Part shown: positions 9,743 to 18,252 of the stretch, one piece after another | How positions within the stretch are numbered: the stretch's first letter is position 1 | How the letters are laid out: the number at the start of each line of letters is the position of its first letter | Sequence record: SRR20825006_1228 | Length of the DNA: 51,662 nucleotides | Reading direction: 5' to 3' (one strand) | The notes under the pieces: model-generated | Database searches by the model: none | What the model saw: only the letters and a program-made list of their open reading frames with translations | What the model was told of the DNA's origin: nothing | Position numbers and translations under genes: made by a program

Positions 9743-10924
9743 CTAGTTCAGTTCGCTGCGCGAGTCGCGGGCGGCGGATATTTGTGCTGCGCTGGAAATC
9801 GGATCAACTGTCACACCTGCACGCAGGTTTTGAAGATTTGAAACGGCGACTCTTTCGCCTTCCTCCAAGCCGTCCAGCACAATCCATGAATTGTCGTTGT
9901 ATTGCTCGACCTGGATGGCGCGCTGCTCAATTGTGTTGTCATCTTTGACGACCATGACGGAGGCTTCGCCCGTTGGGGTCCGCGAGACGACCGATTGCGG
10001 CAGCGTAATGACATTTTCGTACATGCCGGCAACGAAGTTTGCGCGGACGAACATGCCCGGCAGGATAATACCATCAGGGTTTGGCACGAGCGCACGTACC
10101 GCTACTGTACCGGCACTTTCGTCGACATTGATTTCGCTGAATTCGAGCTCACCTTGCAGGGGATACGTCGTATCGTCGCTGAGGATGATGTTCACTGGCA
10201 CCGTGTCGATTCCCTTGGAGGCAACCCGCCCGGACGCAATCTGGCGGCGCATGTTGAGGACGCGATTGCTGGAAACGGTAAGGTCCACATAGATCGGATC
10301 GATTTGAAGCACGTTGGCGAGTGTTTCAGTCTGGTTTTGAGTGACGAGCGCGCCTTGTGTGACCGATGATCGACCAATGCGTCCGGCGATGGGGGAAGAA
10401 ATCCTGGTGCGGGCAAGATCGATGCGTGCGCGGTCCAGAGCAGCCTTTTGAAGCGCAATATCCGCTTCTGCTTCCTGGGCCGTAGCCGCGGCCTGATCAT
10501 ATTCCTGCTGGCTGACAGCGTTGATCTTTGCGAGGTCGGCGAACCGTTTGGCGGTTTCCTTTGCGACATTTGCAGAAGCCTGGGCACGCGCCAATGCGGC
10601 CTCGGCACTTCGCACATCTGCGGCATACTCGTCTGCATCAATCTGATAGAGCGCTTGTCCACGCGAGACGAGGTCGCCTTCCTTGAACAGCCGCTCCTTG
10701 ATGATGCCGGTGACCTGCGGGCGGATCTCCGCTTCGGCGTGGGCCCGCGCGCGTCCAGTCAACTCAACGGCGTTGGGGACCGATACGAGTTCGGTCGTGA
10801 GAGTCTTTACAACTGGAGCTGGCTGTTGCGGAACCTCTACTGTACTGCCTTCGTTACCACAGGCCGTCAGCAGGAAGGCGACGGACAAGGTCGCGGCCGA
10901 AATACTTTTTCTTAGAACTTCCAT
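9743..10924 (-). CDS. acrA: RND efflux periplasmic adaptor lipoprotein (AcrA/MexA-like)
   Basis: Lipobox LTAC, AEIRPQVTGII, SPIAGRIGRSSVTQGALV, LPGMFVRA. Confidence 0.92.
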   Translation of the reverse strand: MEVLRKSISAATLSVAFLLTACGNEGSTVEVPQQPAPVVKTLTTELVSVPNAVELTGRARAHAEAEIRPQVTGIIKERLFKEGDLVSRGQALYQIDADEYAADVRSAEAALARAQASANVAKETAKRFADLAKINAVSQQEYDQAAATAQEAEADIALQKAALDRARIDLARTRISSPIAGRIGRSSVTQGALVTQNQTETLANVLQIDPIYVDLTVSSNRVLNMRRQIASGRVASKGIDTVPVNIILSDDTTYPLQGELEFSEINVDESAGTVAVRALVPNPDGIILPGMFVRANFVAGMYENVITLPQSVVSRTPTGEASVMVVKDDNTIEQRAIQVEQYNDNSWIVLDGLEEGERVAVSNLQNLRAGVTVDPISSAAQISAARDSRSELN

Positions 10925-10966
10925 GAGGATTCCTTGACGAGCCGAATGGCTTCAATGTAACAATTC

Positions 10967-10982
10967 TAGAGTGAACGCTCTA
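10967..10982. promoter_or_regulatory. Probable TetR operator for the RND pump
   Basis: Near-palindrome TAGAGTGAACGCTCTA between divergent acrA-like and tetR genes. Confidence 0.65.
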
Positions 10983-11043
10983 TCTAGTGTTGCGGTGCAG
11001 CATGTCAAGGAGAGGGCATAGTGGAATTTAGGTGTTTTTCTGC

Positions 11044-11652
11044 ATGACAGTTATGAGCAAATCGAAGACGGCCGCGAAACGAGAGAGTCGCGTTGCTGAA
11101 ATTCTGGACTGCGCTGAGATTCACTTCGTTGAGAAGGGATTCCATGGCGCGGGCATTTCCGGGATCGCCAAAGAATGTGGCATCAGTGTTGGCCATCTGT
11201 ATCATTACTTTGCGTCCAAGGATTTGTTGATAGAGGCTGTGGTGGAGCGCGAATTGTTGCGCCAAAAAGACAGAATGGAAGACTTCCGTAATCTGAGCGG
11301 CACTGAAATCCGAGATCAAATCGCTCCACTCGTCATCGACATTATTATCAAGCATCAGGACCCGTTCCGAACGGTTTTGAATTTCGAGATTCTTGCCGAG
11401 GCGCAGAGAAATCCGTCGGTTGCCGAGATCTTGCAGAACTATGATCGTGAAATACGGGAAGAGTTTTGTGGCGTCCTGGAGAATGCCGGAATTACAACGC
11501 CTGTTTTGCGGACGGAGATGTTGTTTACCTTGTTTGGCGGCATTCCGGCCCGCACGCTGAGGCATCCCGAGCATGAACGTCCGCAATTCATCGAAATGAT
11601 GAAGCCGATCATCACGAAGATTCTTGCAAGTGATGACCTTCCTGTGGAGTAG
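11044..11652 (+). CDS. TetR/AcrR family transcriptional regulator
   Basis: HTH motif FVEKGFHGAGISGIAKECGISVGHLYHYFASKDLLI; divergent from efflux operon; start could be 11032/11053. Confidence 0.92.
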   Translation: MTVMSKSKTAAKRESRVAEILDCAEIHFVEKGFHGAGISGIAKECGISVGHLYHYFASKDLLIEAVVERELLRQKDRMEDFRNLSGTEIRDQIAPLVIDIIIKHQDPFRTVLNFEILAEAQRNPSVAEILQNYDREIREEFCGVLENAGITTPVLRTEMLFTLFGGIPARTLRHPEHERPQFIEMMKPIITKILASDDLPVE

Positions 11653-11677
11653 AGCGAAACCACAACGATATCGCGGT

Positions 11678-12370
11678 TCATTCTTCCGCATTGATGAATA
11701 TGTCCAAGCTGGCTCTGAGAGTGGAGTTGCTGGAGGCACTCGTACTCGCCAGCTGAACGGCGCGCTTGTCACCGGTTGGGTTCAGCACCGGGAGCTGGAA
11801 TCTTAGCGCCGCATACTTGTCCAAGCTATCGGCATAGGCCGGGTTCCGAGTATAGACGGATCGGGAAACCATCTCGGGAAACAGGATGCTGGACCGTATT
11901 AGTGGCGCCACTCCCAACCCCAGAGTATCCAGGCTGCGATAGACCTCGAAATGGATATGTGGCGGGCGTCCCCGATAAGTGCCTGGGTACACGGTCCGAA
12001 AGTTTACGCGTCCTCGTTGGTCTGTGATCCCTATACCACGTAGATAGTTTGTATCCGGGCGATTGAAGACAGAGTACTCGCCAGCTGCGTCGGCGTGCCA
12101 AACATACACCGCATAACGGGAAAGCGGCTGTTGATCTGTTGATAGAGATTGCAGGCGCAAGTGCAAGTCGAGAGGCGCGCCATCGGCCGCTCCTGACAAG
12201 CCATTGAAACCCCGTGTTATGTCGGTTCGGATGAGACCTGCGCTGGCCCACAGACTTGCCAGGCTGGGGCCAGGCTGGAACACTGGCTCTTTCGGATACG
12301 CTTCGGGCTTGTTGGCCGCTGGCGGGAAAACTGGTGCTCGGACAAGCGCGGAGGATTTCGGGATAGACAC
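11678..12370 (-). CDS. Intradiol ring-cleavage dioxygenase-like protein
   Basis: VYVWHADAAGEYS, YLRGIGITD, VYPGTYRGRPPHIHF give the Tyr/Tyr/His/His iron ligand set; GTG start. Confidence 0.8.
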   Translation of the reverse strand: MSIPKSSALVRAPVFPPAANKPEAYPKEPVFQPGPSLASLWASAGLIRTDITRGFNGLSGAADGAPLDLHLRLQSLSTDQQPLSRYAVYVWHADAAGEYSVFNRPDTNYLRGIGITDQRGRVNFRTVYPGTYRGRPPHIHFEVYRSLDTLGLGVAPLIRSSILFPEMVSRSVYTRNPAYADSLDKYAALRFQLPVLNPTGDKRAVQLASTSASSNSTLRASLDIFINAEE

Positions 12371-12376
12371 CGGAAT

Positions 12377-12916
12377 CTATTGCCGTCGTCCGGGAGGAGG
12401 TCCGCGGCGCTGGCTATCCTGCGGCATGGTGGGTTCGTTGGAATCGACTGCGCGCGGCGCTGTCAGAAATTCTGCGCGTGATAGAAGCCCATCTCGGTTT
12501 TTATCGATCCGACCGAATATATCGATAAGCCGTATTCGGAATTCCGAGGCCGTGATGGTTCCATCCAGATTGCTGTCGAAGGCAATAGGGCTGGGGAGTG
12601 CATTCAGGTCGCCAAGGGTCTCAGCTGCCCAATTTGACATCTGCACCGCAGATTGATGTACCCGATCAGGCCCCGCCAAGGCGCGCCATTCGAGATCAAT
12701 ACCATTATCAACTTCTTCGCGTGATACGAAGTGATCGTGATTACTGTCCATGCTGACGAAAAGCAGTGCCACTGGTGGGGCAGACAGGCCTTGCGACCGA
12801 GTCGGGCGTGCGAGGTCTCCGCCATCGCGACCGCTGGCTCCTGGCCCCTTGCGCGGGGAGGATGTGCATGCGACCACCAAGGACAGTCCAGCAATCATCA
12901 GGACTGTGACTTTCAT
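12377..12916 (-). CDS. EF-hand domain lipoprotein
   Basis: GGAG RBS then MKVTVLMIAGLSLVVAC lipobox; EF-hand loops DSNHDHFVSREE, DSNLDGTITASE, DKNRDGLLSRAE. Confidence 0.85.
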   Translation of the reverse strand: MKVTVLMIAGLSLVVACTSSPRKGPGASGRDGGDLARPTRSQGLSAPPVALLFVSMDSNHDHFVSREEVDNGIDLEWRALAGPDRVHQSAVQMSNWAAETLGDLNALPSPIAFDSNLDGTITASEFRIRLIDIFGRIDKNRDGLLSRAEFLTAPRAVDSNEPTMPQDSQRRGPPPGRRQ

Positions 12917-12955
12917 TGCTCCTGACAGCCGTTTGCAACGGGAAGAGAAGGGGGT

Positions 12956-13004
12956 GAGGGAGGTGTCACAGGGTGAGACGTAGGGGGGGTGTGACACCTC
13001 CCTC
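12956..13004. repeat. Perfect 15-bp inverted repeat upstream of the EF-hand gene
   Basis: GAGGGAGGTGTCACA-N19-TGTGACACCTCCCTC. Confidence 0.8.
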
Positions 13005-13461
13005 TCATCGCATCGGTCTTGGCACCCAAAGGGAGGCTCGGTGTTCAAGGAGCGGACGGGGACTGTCCTGGTGGATGCGATGATTTCGGTGATTGAGATC
13101 GAGACTTTCTCTTCAGAGCGACCGGAATAGGGGGTGGAACTAGGCATATTGAGTGCTCTTAATGCAGTCTCTGGGGACGAAGTGCCGGGAAGTTTCCCTG
13201 CGTCGATGAGAACAAGATGCCTCAGCCATGTTGAGAGGATATGCCGGTTAGGACGAAAGTGATGGCAATGTATGGCAGTCTGCAACATGACATTACCGAC
13301 TTGAAAGGTATGGGTTTTCGGTGGCGACACCAGCAATTCGGGATGATCCGGAGCGGTGGGGTTCGAAGCGCAGTTTAACTGCAGTCACGACACACCTTGG
13401 CAACAAGTTTATCCTATTTGTAATCATCAGATCGACGATACATATTCAGGAGACTGCGGAG

Positions 13462-14196
13462 ATGCCTGATCCCGAGACCACGACACCCGAACACATTCTA
13501 GTTATCGATGATGACCGCGATATTCGGGAAGATTTGAAATCCTATCTCACGGAAAACGGCTATCGCGTGTCGACGGCTGAAAATGCACCCGCTGCGCGCC
13601 GGGCGATCCATTCTGAAGAACCAGACCTCATCCTGTTGGACGTCATGATGCCGGGCGAGGACGGGATCAGTCTTTGTCGCTCGATCGTTCGGCTCACCGC
13701 AATTCCGATCGTTTTCATCAGCGCGAGAACTGATGAGATCGACCGGATTGTCGGCTTGGAAGTCGGCGCAGATGATTATGTGTGCAAGCCATTTAACCCG
13801 CGTGAACTGCTTGCACGTGTGCGGTCTGTCCTGCGGCGCGCGAATGGTCGCGAAAGAGAAATGACGCCTGAGAAAACGCGCTATTTTGAGTTTGACCGCT
13901 GGACCCTGGACACGGCGAAACGCACAATGACCCGCGATGATGGCGTGATCGTCTCCTTAAGCACCGGCGAATTCCAATTATTGATGATCTTTATAGCCCG
14001 ACCACAGATCGTGCTGTCGCGTGAACGGATCGTGGAACTGTCTCATGCCGAAGGCGCAGATGTGTTCGACCGCAGTGTCGACAGTCAGGTGAGTCGATTT
14101 CGGAAAAAGGTCGAACGCGACCCCAAGAATCCGGATATCGTCCAGACCGTCTGGGGCGGGGGGTATGTCTTTGCAGCTGATGTGAAGAAACTGTGA
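13462..14196 (+). CDS. OmpR-family response regulator
   Basis: ILVIDDD, LILLDVMMPGEDG, GADDYVCKPFNPREL, winged helix DRSVDSQVSRFRKK...TVWGGGY; AGGAG RBS. Confidence 0.95.
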   Translation: MPDPETTTPEHILVIDDDRDIREDLKSYLTENGYRVSTAENAPAARRAIHSEEPDLILLDVMMPGEDGISLCRSIVRLTAIPIVFISARTDEIDRIVGLEVGADDYVCKPFNPRELLARVRSVLRRANGREREMTPEKTRYFEFDRWTLDTAKRTMTRDDGVIVSLSTGEFQLLMIFIARPQIVLSRERIVELSHAEGADVFDRSVDSQVSRFRKKVERDPKNPDIVQTVWGGGYVFAADVKKL

Positions 14197-15608
14197 TGCT
14201 GGCAAGGCTTGATACGCTTCTTACACGGATTGTAATCCTGGTGACAGCCGCTCTGCTGTCTACATTTCTACTGGCGTATTTCATTGTGGAATTCAGCATT
14301 TCATCGCAACGGCTCCAGCCACGTACGGCGCTGCATGTTGCGACGGTCGCATTGGAGGAATTGCAGGCGAAGGATTGGCCCGATTCACTCTCTGACAAAG
14401 AGCTGGAGCGTCTTCAAATAACCGATTACTCGCTGTCAGAATATCCCTATATTGAGCCTTTCTCCTGGGGGCTAGCCGAACGTGTTCTTGAAAATCTTGG
14501 GCTAGCGCAGGATACGCCGATTGGTATTTCCCTGAGTGGGTGGGGTGATCGGGACAGGCTCGCAGGTCCTCCCGGTCGACCGGACAGGTTCATGGATGAA
14601 GAACCGGGCCGTCCCGGGCCAATGAGTTTGAGGCCTCCGCCGTCAGAGCGTGGGAGATCTGCCAGCCAGCAGCGCGCAAGAGTGTCTCTCGAGATCGCGA
14701 ATGGCAATTGGATAAACATAAGAACCGAGAACATGAGTGTGAAAGAGCCGCGTCCACCTCTCCTGGCGGCCGTCATGCTCATCGTGCTGATGGTTGGCAT
14801 CGGCATATGGGCCGCCCTGAATGCGATTAATCCATTGAGGCAAATGGCGAAGGCCGCGAATACGCTGGCGTCCGACTACAAGCATGAGCCGCTGGTCGAG
14901 CAAGGTCCGTATGACGTGCGCGAATCTCTGCGTGCTTTCAATCGCATGGGCCGTCGCCTCGAGACCACAGTGGCTGGCCAACGCCAGCTGCTCGCAGCAA
15001 TTGGTCATGATTTGCGGACACCCATTACCTCATTGAAACTGAAGGTTGAGATGCTATCAGATGCGAGTGAGCGCGAGCGGATGAGTCGTGCTCTGGCAGA
15101 GTTGGAGCGTATCACAGAAGCCGCACTTGCTGCGGCGACGGCTGGCCAGTCAGATGAGCCTTTCCAGCCGCTGGACATGTATTCGTTGGTCGACAGCCTT
15201 ATCGAAGACTTGCGGGATCTGGGCCTCTCTGTCTCGTTCAATGAAATCGATGTACGCCCGATTGTCATGGGTCGATCAGATGAACTGACACGCGCCTTGC
15301 GCAACTTGATTGAAAACGCGGTGCGTTATGGAGACATGGCGCACGTTTGTCTCAGTGAACAAGCCGGCAAGGCTATTGTGACGATCCAGGACACAGGTCC
15401 GGGAATCCCGGAAGATGCTCTGGAGCGTGTGTTCGAACCCCTTGTTCGATTGGAACAGTCACGCAATCGCGAGACCGGCGGGCATGGGCTCGGACTTCAT
15501 ATCGCGAAGAATCTGATTGAAGCCCATAGTGGGCACATCGATTTGTCGAACCCACCAACCGGGGGGCTGCTCGTAACGGTGACCTTGCCTCTGAAGGCCG
15601 CTGGCTGA
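14193..15608 (+). CDS. Sensor histidine kinase (EnvZ-like, HAMP)
   Basis: Two TMs, HAMP, H-box HDLRTPIT, NLIENAVRYG, DTGPGIP, GHGLGL; GTGA overlap with regulator. Confidence 0.95.
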   Translation: MMLARLDTLLTRIVILVTAALLSTFLLAYFIVEFSISSQRLQPRTALHVATVALEELQAKDWPDSLSDKELERLQITDYSLSEYPYIEPFSWGLAERVLENLGLAQDTPIGISLSGWGDRDRLAGPPGRPDRFMDEEPGRPGPMSLRPPPSERGRSASQQRARVSLEIANGNWINIRTENMSVKEPRPPLLAAVMLIVLMVGIGIWAALNAINPLRQMAKAANTLASDYKHEPLVEQGPYDVRESLRAFNRMGRRLETTVAGQRQLLAAIGHDLRTPITSLKLKVEMLSDASERERMSRALAELERITEAALAAATAGQSDEPFQPLDMYSLVDSLIEDLRDLGLSVSFNEIDVRPIVMGRSDELTRALRNLIENAVRYGDMAHVCLSEQAGKAIVTIQDTGPGIPEDALERVFEPLVRLEQSRNRETGGHGLGLHIAKNLIEAHSGHIDLSNPPTGGLLVTVTLPLKAAG

Positions 15609-15615
15609 CACGCTA

Positions 15616-18213
15616 TCAGAACCGGGTGGAAGTGCTGAAACGGAAGGACTCCGTGCGGTCGTACTCTTCGCTCTTGAGGATATGGCTGAAGTCGAAGCGG
15701 ATTGGGCCGAAAGGGGATGACCAATAGACGCTGAGGCCTGTAGATGCGCGCAAGGACAAGTCATCTTCAATCAACTGGACGGCATCACGGCCAAAAGTAT
15801 CCGTGAACTCGACCGGGTCGCTCTTGTCTATGTCGCTCAACAAGCCAACCGCGCCGGCTTCCAGGAACAGCCCCGTCTTGATGCCGTATTCTTCCGGCAG
15901 ATAGTTTGGCATCGAGATGTCGAGGCTGGATTGGTAGAACGCGTTGCCGCCCAGGGCGTTGAGACGCTTCACTGTTTCTGTGCCGTCATCATTTTGGATG
16001 ATTTGCACAATGCGCGGCCCGAGACCTGCCGTATCAAACCCGCGGAAGCTGTTGCCGCCCTTGAAAAAGCGATTATTGATACGTACGCCTTGAGGAGTGG
16101 TTTGTCCGTATTCGGATTCCGCGTCGCTCGTGCCATAGGGTTCGATGTATCCACCCGAAAGACGCAAACTGGCCGTTATGCCCTTCGCAATACCTTGGTA
16201 GATATTCATCGATGCGTTGGTGCGAATGAAGTTCACGTCCCCGCCCAGGCCAGCAACGTCTTGACCAAACAGCAGGTCGAACCCGCCAGTGGGGTCAATA
16301 GGGTCATTCTTCATGTCCAGGAGGAGATTGTACCCGACGATCGAGGAGATTTCTGATCGTTCACTTGAGCAAAGCGAGTATCTGTTGAGATAGCGCGCAT
16401 CGCATACGTCCACGATCAGCGATCCATCAGGCAATGGTACGTCATCAGCGGTGAGAAAGGCGACACCCACGACATCATCGCTTGTGTCTCCCGGGGTGTC
16501 ATTGTCATCTACAGTGTATTCGGTTGTCAGGCGTTCGCCGCTGTCCGAGGCAATCACGATGCTCTGATCGACGACGTCGATTTTGTCGTTTTGCAACGTA
16601 TATTTCAAGCCAAGTTGCAGCCGGTCTGACAAGGGGAAACCTAGCTGCCCGCTGACACCTACAGATTCAGTCGTATAGCCGCCAAGATCGGTGTCAGAAT
16701 AATCGAGGCGGGTAGCAAACGCACTCACACCTGCGGACATGTCACGGTCTAGGAAACGTGGCTCCGTATACTGCAAGTCCACAATTTGCTGCAGGCTGGA
16801 TGTGGACAGGCGAGCAGACGCGGATTGCCCGCGCCCGAGCACATTGCGCTGTGCCACGCTGACATCTACGAGGAAAGATTCTGAGGATGAGAAGCCAGCT
16901 GAGAAACTCATCTCGCCAGTGGGCTGCTCAGTGACTTTTACATTCACGTCAATTTGGTCAGGGTCCGCGGTGGGAACCTCAGTAACTTCGACGTCTTTGA
17001 AGTAGCCAAGGGCCCGTGCGCGGTTGCGCGAGCGATCCAGCAAGATGCGGTTGAAGGCATCACCTTCAGTCACGCGCAATTCCCGCCGGATCACGCGATC
17101 GAGCGTTTGGGTATTACCGACAATATTGATGCGGTTGATGTAAACACGCGGACCTTCATTGACATGAAAGGTCACGTTGATCGTATGCGTTTCGAGATCG
17201 GCGGAGATTTCAGGGCGCACATCAATAAAGGCATAACCTCCGATCCCGGCGACATAGGTCAGGCCATCAATTGAGTTTTCAATTGTGTCGCCTCGGAACA
17301 GGTCACCGGATCGCGCTACCAGTGACGCTTTCAAGGCGTCCGTGTTGAGTTTTTCCAGCTCGGTTTCGACATTGATCTCGCCGAAGCGATAAATCTCGCC
17401 CTCGTCGATTGTATAGGTAATGTAGAAATCCTTCTGATCAGGCGTTAGTTCTGCCACGGCTGACTCTACGCGGAAGTCGTAATACCCCTTGTTCTGGTAA
17501 AACTGACGAAGCAATTCGCGGTCATATTCCAAGCGACCTGGGTCATAATTGTCGTTTGATGAGAAGAACTGCCACCAACGTGATTGACGGGTGACAATCT
17601 CCGACCGAAGACGGTCGTCTGAATACGTTTCATTTCCCAGGAAGTTGATCGCTCGTACACCAGACACAGGTCCCTCTGTAATCGAGAAGACCACATCCAC
17701 ACGGTTCTGATCGAGCGGCAAATATTCGGGCGTGACTTTCGCCGCGAACCGGCCGGATTGGCGGTAGAGTTCCATCACGCGCTGTACGTCTGCCTGCACG
17801 CGAGCGGCGGTGAATACGCCGCGCGGCGATATCTGGATTTCTTCGCGGATCTTTTCTTCCCCGAGCGATTTGCTGCCTTCAATCATGACCCGATTTACAA
17901 TTGGGTTTTCGACCAATGTAATGATGAGCTGGTTCCCGACCCGGTCAAAATTTGCATCAGCAAAGAGGCCGGTTGCGAAGAGGGATTTGAGGGACAGGTC
18001 GATACGGTTCGCGTCAAAAGGTGAGCTAGGTTCGACTAGAAGGTAGGACATCACGGTTCGGTCTTCGATCCGCTGGTTGCCATTGATAATGATGGCTTCG
18101 ATGTTTCCTGTGCTGTCTTCTGCGCCCACCTGCGCAAGCGCCGTCGGTTGCAGCGAAGCGGCGAGCGCAGAGAGGATCAGGGAGAGCGCGAGTGTTTTGT
18201 TTTTGTGGCTCAT
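15616..18213 (-). CDS. bamA: Outer membrane protein assembly factor BamA (probable second, out-of-locus paralogue)
   Basis: Signal peptide, five POTRA repeats (GNQRIE..., GNTQTLDRVIRRE), loop-6 FRGF motif, SPFGPIRFD, C-terminal FRFSTSTRF. Confidence 0.92.
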   Translation of the reverse strand: MSHKNKTLALSLILSALAASLQPTALAQVGAEDSTGNIEAIIINGNQRIEDRTVMSYLLVEPSSPFDANRIDLSLKSLFATGLFADANFDRVGNQLIITLVENPIVNRVMIEGSKSLGEEKIREEIQISPRGVFTAARVQADVQRVMELYRQSGRFAAKVTPEYLPLDQNRVDVVFSITEGPVSGVRAINFLGNETYSDDRLRSEIVTRQSRWWQFFSSNDNYDPGRLEYDRELLRQFYQNKGYYDFRVESAVAELTPDQKDFYITYTIDEGEIYRFGEINVETELEKLNTDALKASLVARSGDLFRGDTIENSIDGLTYVAGIGGYAFIDVRPEISADLETHTINVTFHVNEGPRVYINRINIVGNTQTLDRVIRRELRVTEGDAFNRILLDRSRNRARALGYFKDVEVTEVPTADPDQIDVNVKVTEQPTGEMSFSAGFSSSESFLVDVSVAQRNVLGRGQSASARLSTSSLQQIVDLQYTEPRFLDRDMSAGVSAFATRLDYSDTDLGGYTTESVGVSGQLGFPLSDRLQLGLKYTLQNDKIDVVDQSIVIASDSGERLTTEYTVDDNDTPGDTSDDVVGVAFLTADDVPLPDGSLIVDVCDARYLNRYSLCSSERSEISSIVGYNLLLDMKNDPIDPTGGFDLLFGQDVAGLGGDVNFIRTNASMNIYQGIAKGITASLRLSGGYIEPYGTSDAESEYGQTTPQGVRINNRFFKGGNSFRGFDTAGLGPRIVQIIQNDDGTETVKRLNALGGNAFYQSSLDISMPNYLPEEYGIKTGLFLEAGAVGLLSDIDKSDPVEFTDTFGRDAVQLIEDDLSLRASTGLSVYWSSPFGPIRFDFSHILKSEEYDRTESFRFSTSTRF

Positions 18214-18252
18214 GAAGTCGGCATCCAGAAGAGAGAAATGGTGTCTGAGAGA

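Noticed and set aside
12917-13336. 140-aa N-terminal extension of the EF-hand ORF as annotated by the ORF track
   Set aside because: RBS, ATG and lipobox point to a start at 12916; the extension would bury the signal peptide (kept only as a spacer observation)
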